From positions 1,736,001-1,800,000 of the forward strand of contig OZ037769.1 in assembly GCA_964035545.1 (NCBI GenBank): a stretch of 64,000 nt of DNA, given 5' to 3'. Positions 13,509 through 22,800 of the stretch are shown piece after piece. The position numbers and the translations under genes were made by a program. The notes under the pieces were generated by a model. It made no database searches. It was not told the origin of the DNA and worked only from the letters and a program-made list of their open reading frames with translations. Source of the DNA: Bugula neritina. Taxonomy: Eukaryota; Animalia; Bryozoa. How positions within the stretch are numbered: the first letter of the stretch is position 1; each line of letters starts with the position of its first letter.

Positions 13509-15811
13509 CTACACACACACTGCTGGTAGAGATGTTACTTTAGTGACAGTGTGGGAAGCTGCCTGGCACGAGCTGCCATCAGCTCTACTAGTCGCTGCCG
13601 CAAGTATACCCCGTCCTGATGCTGCTCTCTCACTTCCCGCAGAGCTTAGCCCTAGATTCCTTTCTGTAGCAGTTGTCTTCTCTTTCCCTTTCTTGCTGAT
13701 GTTGCTCCATTTGTTCTTCAGCACTTGGGATTTCCCAGACTTAGACAGTTTCTCTAACTTTCCTGTGAAGTAGTGAAATACAAGACATGCAGTAGACAAT
13801 CCCTGCTGTGAAAATCTGCTTTTTGAAGGAATTCTTATAGACAGTCTCAAACCATGCTGGCAACATGACTGGAGAATTTTCAGAGCAGCACAGAAGGCTT
13901 TTTGACAACACCAGTGACCTCAAAGAGGGATATGAACTTATGACCTTGTGCTTACTAAGTCAGCACTAGACTACGGCTGCTCATTGCCTTTAAAACTTCG
14001 TTTAATATTGTGTGAAATATTCTTCAGCATGCTGAATAACGTTACCTGAAAGTTCTGGGTTGATTGTGTCTAAGTTATTAAGGAGGGAAGAATACTGGAA
14101 GAGTGTCTTGGAGTTATCTCTCGCGTTGACTCGTTTCACGTTGACTAACAAATATGTCTCCCGAGGTTTCAGGAACTGGTGGGCGTACTCAAACTTTAAA
14201 TTCGACAGATTCTGCAGCTCTCCCCCTCGCCAACTCAATAAGTCTATGTGTTCTACAAATTCCGCTACATCTATCAAAAGTACGTCCCAAACTTTTTGTT
14301 GGTTAATAAGAAAACTGCTATAGATTATTCGTTCTATAAAATTGAAAACTCTCCAAATCATTTTGAAAATATTTGACCATAAACAAGATGGTGCGAATGT
14401 ATTTTTCTAATCTTTTGTTCAAATTTGTAAATAAGCAATATTTTTCAAGATTGTGAGCATTCTTGTTCATGGGATTAGTACCCATTAGTTCAACATTCAT
14501 AAACATTGTTCATAACTTGTAGGTGGCCACACCACCTTTTGTTTAACGTGAAGTAATCGGAAGGGTGAGCAAGTGCTTTATGACTATTCATTAAGTAACC
14601 TTTCCATATGCATTCAATTTATAACCTGTATCCAGTATGAATCTAATAAGTAACATCAATATACATTCAATAATTAACATATATCAATATGCATTCAATA
14701 AGTAACATACATCAATATATTACATTCAATAAGTAACATACAGCAATATATATTCACTATGTGATACATCAAATATATCCAATACGTTTTCACAAGTAAT
14801 GTAACTATTGGTTTTTCTCCAAACTGTGGAAATTGTGCCAATACTGTAATTTATCTAAAATTCAGACAACTATCGCCAGATAGTTCTCTTGAAAATTTTA
14901 ATTTAATTTGTTTTGATTTGAAATAATGAATTTGGAGCTACTGCAACCATGACCTTTGTAATACATTTAGAAAATGATGTCTAAATTTTCTAAGCATTTC
15001 TGTAAAAGTTTACCAAACATTTGGCATCCTGCCATCCGTTTCATAAAGTTGAGTAGATGTACTGTGTAGCAGAAAGAGTTCACTACCATCTTCCTGTTGT
15101 CTGGGAAATAAACACATATTCCCTCTCAAAAACACTGACTGAACACAAATGATTTTAATACAATAAAACTTATCACTAACTTATTTTCTTTCTAGTCCAT
15201 AACCGGAGCTGCTTCTCGCACATTACTCACTGAAATCTTCATAAGTAGACTAAAAGTTAACCTCTCTATGGACCAAATTGATCATAGTATAGCATGTTTT
15301 CATTTGAAAAATATTTTTCTCCTAAATTCACAATTTAGGAGAAAATTATGGCTAGTTATAAAAATGAACAAAGAGTTACAAATATTTCCCTACCTCCATA
15401 TCTCACTATAATAAGTCCTGGTTGTTCTCTCGACTGTGTTCCTTTCTGAAGCTGCTGATGGTGTGAGGAGGTGGTCGCAAGGCCTCTCTGTTTTGATGCA
15501 CTGACGTTACTTTGTATTCTTGATCGAGAAATTGGCGGTAGTTTACCCTAAATTAGTTTCAAACAACAAGGAATTTGAACTTTGTAAACCTTGAAAACTA
15601 GATACATGTACATGCGCACTTGAAAAACTATAGACTTTTAGGTGGTGGCCCTAATTTAGATGATCTTTGTTGTAAATTGATCAAAATAGTTGCATCAAGT
15701 TCAAATTGAACTACAATGTTGTAAATTACATAAATTTAAATAGCTTCATTCATTTTGTTGTCTTTTCTATTATATAAGTTGAAAAGGTACCTCTTTTTCT
15801 TGATGTGCCAT
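13509..15811 (-). CDS. C22orf15/CXorf65-family uncharacterised protein, 5 exons, ~240 aa
   Basis: Exons (minus) 15811-15791, 15547-15394, 15100-15014, 14252-14046, 13762-13509 join in frame: MAHQEKE..LIIVRYGDNRKMVVNSFCYTVHLLNFMKRMAG..EHIDLL..LKPRETYLLVNV..YSSLLNNLDTINPELSGKLEKLS. This resembles my recollection of the C22orf15 pattern (FI.V.FG..VN..C..L.ER..YVLV.I..YESLL.NL....PEL...L.RLS). The first and last exons are less certain. Confidence 0.75.
14640..14757. repeat. Degenerate ~30-bp intronic tandem repeat (TCAATAAGTAACATAYATCAATAT..)
   Basis: About four copies, read directly. Confidence 0.65.
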
Positions 15812-15829
15812 GTCAATGGACACTATGAT

Positions 15830-15947
15830 CACTTGCTTTGAGTTGCCACTGATGTGTCATATAGTTTATCACTGAGAGCACTTGTTTCTTGTTGCCACTG
15901 ATGTGTCATATAGTTTATCACTGAGAGCACTTGCTTCTTGTTGCCAC
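15830..15947. repeat. 49-bp tandem repeat (x2.4) just upstream of the C22orf15-like ATG
   Basis: CACTTG..GTTGCCACTGATGTGTCATATAGTTTATCACTGAGAG starting at 15830, 15879 and 15928 (partial). Confidence 0.85.
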
Positions 15948-16879
15948 CAACCAGTGTGTTATGGGAAACTCCTATTAATGCAGCTGGCTGTATTCAAAGG
16001 AACACAAATAGTAAATATAGTCAGCACTTGATAGTAAATGCCTGCTGCCTCTATTAAGAAATATGTATACAATTGCTTCAGGCATATAACAACTGGTCAG
16101 AATAATAATAGCTAGGATAATAACTGCTTTTAATCTGCATTGTTGAACCATTGAAATGTCTTGTTCTTTTCAGGTAAATTACTTCTGTTTAAGTAATGGC
16201 ACTAAATAATTGCCCAGTTTCATGTTTATTTATTTGTAATTGATACTGCATCTATTAGTAATGGCCAATTGAATACGATATGCTCTGCTATAGCATAGTT
16301 GCTGAAAAAGTGTCAAATCAGTTGCTGATTGCATTCTAGTTGGGGTCATAAGTTCAAATAACCTTGATTTACACTTGATTAACAATACTTAAGTTCTCAA
16401 TCTTTAGCCAAGGTTTCCTATCGTGTTTTTATTTCTCTCAGAAGCTATAAATTCAAAATAGTATACTGTTTTTCTAACAGTTTTACAGTTCTACTACCAC
16501 TAATGATACTCTATTCACATTCTTCTATTCTGTGATATAATGAAGGTGTTTGAAATGATTATTTCATGCCATGGAGTATTGAAAATAGCATAAAAGCATT
16601 CACTTAGCAGCAAATGTAAATATTTGAATTCAAAATTAACTCTGGCCACTGCCATATTGTAGAACCTCTCTTTTGTTAAGCAAACCATCTTGTCCAGATT
16701 TTTAATTTATTTTCTCCTACTTATGATAAAAGAAATAATTTTGCTGAAAGAGTATACATAACAGTGTCACATGGCTAAGTGGTGCTCAAAATCCAGGTTT
16801 AATTGAATCTCTTTCGGTCAACTTTAGCTGAGCACTCAGAAATTTATACCTCTACTTTACTCAGTCCTTCTCTCCCATC

Positions 16880-19800
16880 ATGCAGGTAAGAAAATTCATG
16901 ATTGTCACATTTCTTACATATCTGTATGATACGCGCCTGTTCATATTGTAAATTTTTGTCAAACCTAATTTAAGTCTTGTATTTTGGAAAAAGTGGTAAA
17001 TTTTTAGCTTTAACTAGTGCCATGTAATTTGTGTACATGTTCGCTATGTATGTTTGCGTGTATGTAAATTACCTGCTTGTATGTTTGCATGTATTTGTTA
17101 ATTATATGTTTACCTGTAGAATGCCACATATTATTTTATTTTGCCCTGTGTTGAGCAGGTGCACGCCCACATTGCTGGAATTATAAGTCGCCATGTTACT
17201 GAGACTTATGGAGAGGAGGCAAGTCTTGAAGCACAAACCAGGTAATTAGTTTGAGCTACAACTGAATATAGTTACACCTTCATATGCCTTAGGAATTCTG
17301 TTTTACTATAACCATGTATGATAGGCTACCGCATTTAGCCAACAACTTCTAATTTGCTTCTAATTTCAGAGCATCTCTTGCGACAGCAGAAGATGAATCG
17401 CCAGGATCTGATTGGCTGGACAACACTCTGCAGGCTACAGCTCAATGTCTAGGTAAGGAGTTGTGTTCACCTGGATGTTGAGTGTCCATAGTCCATACCT
17501 ACCTACTTTGCTTGCCTGCTGACAGTTATATGCCAAATTCAACTCATTTCTTTTATTTGCTGAACATAATTTAAAATTAAATAAATAAAATTAGTGGCGA
17601 TATGGCAAGGTCATATAAAATGTTGTTATAAATTATTATTTAACAAACACAGTCAGTAATTTAAATTTTTAATAAGTGTTAAACAAACTCCTGCTATCTG
17701 GGGTGTCAGCGGGGGGGGGGGGGGGTGTCAGCGGGGGTTTGGGGTTTAAATGAAAAGCCTAAGTTAAGAATCTATCATTTCAAAGTTGTGCTTTCAGGTG
17801 TTGAAGTTGATAGTTTGGCTGATGACATTGGATTCTCGTATGTTAGTTACATGCTGACCCAGTCAGTGTACTGCAAGCATCTCTTCCATCTCGGTAACAA
17901 CTTCCCTGAGTTTATCAACAATCTTGACTCCATACACAGTTTCATAGCGCAGAGGGCTCAGGTGGGTTCTCTATAGAGTGTTAGTGTGCTGCAGTGAGGT
18001 CATAGCCTCAGCACCTACTTAGTATTTGATAGACAGAATGGATATTGTCAACTCCCCCCCCCCATTGGGAGTGAATATAGTTTTATAACTTTTTGTAGAT
18101 GAATACATGTACTTTATCTGTCGTAACCAGAAGTGTATAATATAAATTGCAGGTGGATAATTGAATACTATTTCAGTAACAGTTGTGTGAATCTATATCG
18201 AGTATAGATATATGGGTTACACACTGTTACAGTAATCTTGGAGTGTATATAACATTTTCCAGTATTTATGGAATATATATAATAGTAATATAATATAGTA
18301 TAATTTATGGAATATATATAATAGTAATATAGTATAGTATAATTTATGGAATATATATAATAGTAATATAATATAGTATAATTTATGGAATATATATAAT
18401 AGTAATATAGTATAATATATTTTATGGAATATATATAATAGTAATATAGTATAGTATATTTTATGGAATATGTATATAATAGTAATATAGTATAGTATAT
18501 TTTATGGAATATATATAATAGTAATATAGTATAATATATTTTATGGAATATATATAATAGTAATATAGTATAGTATATTTTATGGAATATATATAATAGT
18601 AATATAGTACAGTATATTTTATGGAATATATATAATAGTAATATAGTATAGTATATTTTATGGAATATATATAATAGTAATATAGTACAGTATATTTTAT
18701 GGAATATATATAATAGTAATATAGTATTAGTAATATAGTAAAGTATATTTTATGGAATACATATAATAGTAATATAGTAAAGTATATTTTATGGAATACA
18801 TATAATAGTAATATAGTATAGTATATTTTATGGAATATATATATAATAGTAATATAGTATAGTATATTTTATGGAATATATATAATATAGGGAGAGATAC
18901 ATGTGCCAAGTTTCAAATGTGTGGATGGAATAGGAGGGTCTATGGAGATGGTGTACATTTCTAAGAGCTGCTGCTACAATACAAGTTTAGTCACTGGTAA
19001 TATAATATGATATGTATTACATATAATATACACTAGTAATATAATATGATATGTATTATATATAATATATACTGGTAATATAATATATGTATTACATATA
19101 ATATATATTGGTAATATAAAATGATATCTGTTACATATAATATATAATGGTAATATAATATGATATGTATTACATATAATATATACTGGTAATATAATAT
19201 CATATGTATTACATATAATATATACTGGTAATATAAAATGATATGTGTTACATATAATATATAATGGTAATATAATATGATATGTATTACATATAATATA
19301 TACTGGTAATATAATATATGTATTACATATAATATATACTGGTAATATAGCTAGTATAGTATACGTGAACAATAGAACGTTAGTACAGAAATAAAACAGC
19401 TCATGCAAATTTTATGCCTCATACTTTGTGACCTATCAAAATTCACTACTTGTAATTTTCTGATAGGAACTAGTAGTACCTATCAAGTCTTATAGAACAC
19501 GTAACAATTAAGCCGAGCTCACACAAATTTTTTTTTGAACTGCTATAGAAACTTCAACCATGCTAAAACATATTTCCAGTTCAAACAACTTACAAAAGCT
19601 TTCCTCAAATAAAATACTGAAACACCATAGAGAGGTGAATTTTTTTGTTAGTCACAGATGCCTTTGTGCAAATCATAGTATATACAAAAATGTTCCTGAA
19701 GCTATAATAGAGTGAAGAGCCCACCTTGATCTCTTCTATAGACTATATGGTTAGAGTGGAGAGCCCACCTTGATCTCTCCTGTAGACTATAATGTTAATG

Positions 19801-22800
19801 TGGGGAGTCCACCTTGATCTCTCTTGCAGGTATGATGCGAGGAGTGTCTAACCTCATCTTCCAGGCCCCCATCACCTGCTCACTGAGAGAGGAGTATACG
19901 ATACGTCTGCACGGACAAGCAGGTGCAGAAGACACATACAAGGCTGTCTACGATCTCAACCTGCAGGCTATCAGGAAGGAGGATGAGCCTGTTATTGTGC
20001 CTATCATGTTGGCTGAGACAAGAAAGAATGCTGAACACAAAATTTCTCAAAGTGTTAGTACTTATGACTCATAGTACTTATGACTCATGGTACTTATGAC
20101 TCATGGTACTTATGACTCATGGTACTTATGACTCATGGCACTTATGACTCATGGCACTTATGACTCATGGCATACTCTAGTTGGTTATAAATTAGTTTTT
20201 ATTAGCTGTGGTTTATTAGTAAATGATAGCTATTGCAGGATTATGATAAATAAGTTTTATTGCTCAAAGGACATGCTAGATAGTTGAGCGGTACATAAAA
20301 CATTACCTATATAGCTGAAAGTTTTTTGTAGCTTTTTCTCTGGAAGCTTGTATAGTGATAGGGCTATAATACAACAGTTATATATTTTTTTATTTCTCAA
20401 CAGCATGTCGACAATGTAAACAAAGAGATAGCCTACATTCTAGAAACTGAAGGGCCAGAGGGACATCCACTAAGAAAAGCCGCCCGTCTCAAAGCTCGAC
20501 TACGCTGGAAGAAACTGGGTGATGTCATCAGAGGAGCTGCATTTTTTAAAGTTTGTATCTTTTTCTTTTACTAATAATAATTCTTGTCTTTAAAATAACC
20601 TGAGTAACTTGTTATGTGAGTTTCATGAATACTTTGCAATTAGACTCTTCCTGCAGGGGAAGATAATTCAGTTTTAAAAATACTGAACCCAATTTTACAT
20701 CAATTAACTACTAACTGCTAATAATGAAAAACCTCTTTACCTTGTAACTTGTAATGAAGGCCTAATAATTGTGTGTTTAGGAGGGTCAGAGAACACATGC
20801 TAGCCAGGCTCATAGATATCTAAAAGCAAATAATCCAGTTATTATACCTCCCAGACTCAAAGTGCAGAGCAAATGTTTCAATTAAAGTAGTGAGTTACAT
20901 GTTCATGAGGTATTATCATGACCTTCACACTATACAGCTTGTGTATGGTTTTAGTTTTTAGCGAGAAAATTTCAGCCAATCATACCAAAGGAAGTGGTAA
21001 TATCTCCTCAGGAATTTTGTTCCCTTCTCCCGTTTCATGTTATGATTGACATAGAAAGTAAAGTATTGCACGCTGGCCTCGCTATACAGGTGAGTAGTAT
21101 ACAGGTGAGTAGTGTACAGGTAAGTAGTGTACAGGTGAGTAGTGTACAGGTGAGTAGTATACAGGTGAGTAGTGTATTATATTATTGTTGTATTGTTTGC
21201 TGGTTCCCATAGCGACAAGTTCCAGCTCTGAAGACTGTTGGTGAGCCTCTCTCAGATATCTTATCATCTGCGTACCCTGACAGCGTCACACTTAGCTACA
21301 AAGTCATCTCCTCTTTGCTGAATACCACATTCATACTTTCTGGAGAATATCACAGGAAAGACAGACAACTCCTGTTTAAAGGTGAGCTGATCCATCATGA
21401 TTGGTCGAATAGTTAACCAATCAATTGGCTTGTTTATAATTCCTGTGCCTAATTCTGGCTTTAATAAATAGAATTTTTGATATGTAAGTTACAAACCGCA
21501 CTTTGTACAGCTGAGAGAGTTGATATTACCAGGGCACTTTGTACAGTTTAGAGAGTTGATATTGTCAGGGCACTTTGTACAGCTAAGAGAGTTGATACTG
21601 CCAGGGCACTTTTTACAGTTGAAAGAATTGATATTATCAGAGCACTTTGTACAGTTGAGAGAGTTGATATTGCCAGGGCACTTTGTACAGTTGAGAGAGT
21701 TGATATTGCCAGGGCACTTTGCACAGTTGAGAGAACCAAGAAGGTTGCTGTTTATTGGCTCACCATATGTGAGAGGAATTGACGAGTGTGTGGAGGCGGG
21801 ACTGAAGATCTCGCAGATCTCGGAATATGATGTCACCAGGGAGTTTATACTGGCCGGAGGTTGGGAAGGGCAGAAGACTACTTCGCACTCACCTAGTATC
21901 TCTAAGGCTATAACTTACAGAACCCGTGCTACATTTTCACCAACGAATCCGAGGTCTGGTATTATATATATAATATAATAATGTATATAATATACTGTGT
22001 ATAATATATATTATATTATCATATATATATATATATATATTATGTAATATAATAGTATATAATACAACAATGCAGACAATATAATAATATAATATATGAA
22101 TTTGGCAAATTAGCAAATACTACAACCCATAATCTACTCATTCGGCTGTGATTAAACATTACTTGAAGTATATAACTGTGTGTTTTGTCTTATTGAATAT
22201 GGCAAGTGTTGCGATTTACATTCTGTTATGCCTGATTAGCATTATTATAATGACCTGACAATTTAAATTCCTATTTTGTTATGCTTTGTCATAACTGGAT
22301 GGTTTATTCTAATATTTTAGACGAGGTATACCTGGATCAGGTATGGTTAGCGGTGGCAGTCAGAACGGTGAGTTGAAAGCCTTGAGAGATCAATTGTCTA
22401 GATGTAGAGCTCAGTTGTCTGCACTGAAGGACAGGTGAGCATAACTCCCTGTGTAAATCTATATTGAAGGAATAACTGTGTTTGTTAGAAGCATTTCGGT
22501 AGTCGTGACTTTTATATGTAGAGTTACACTACACTGGCCAGCTTTTGTGTAATAAATATCCGCAATTCAAACTCAGCCACCTTTCAAGGATACATTATAG
22601 TTTTATTCAGGTTAAAGAATATACCTGTACGTATTTTACTGCAACTGTATAATATTATGTGTAGACCAATTATACTCTAGGTCCTAGAGCTAGAACTCAA
22701 ACTGCTGTAATAATCTGTAATATATACCTTGTTAGAGAGATTTTTTTATCATCTAACAAGATTGTTCACTTCTGTGTGTGACGCAGGTACACGAAGCTCT

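Noticed and set aside
16160-16180. Recursive-splice-like TTTTCAG|GTAAAT site
   Set aside because: A single short motif outside any long intron; chance or an ordinary UTR exon boundary is as likely.
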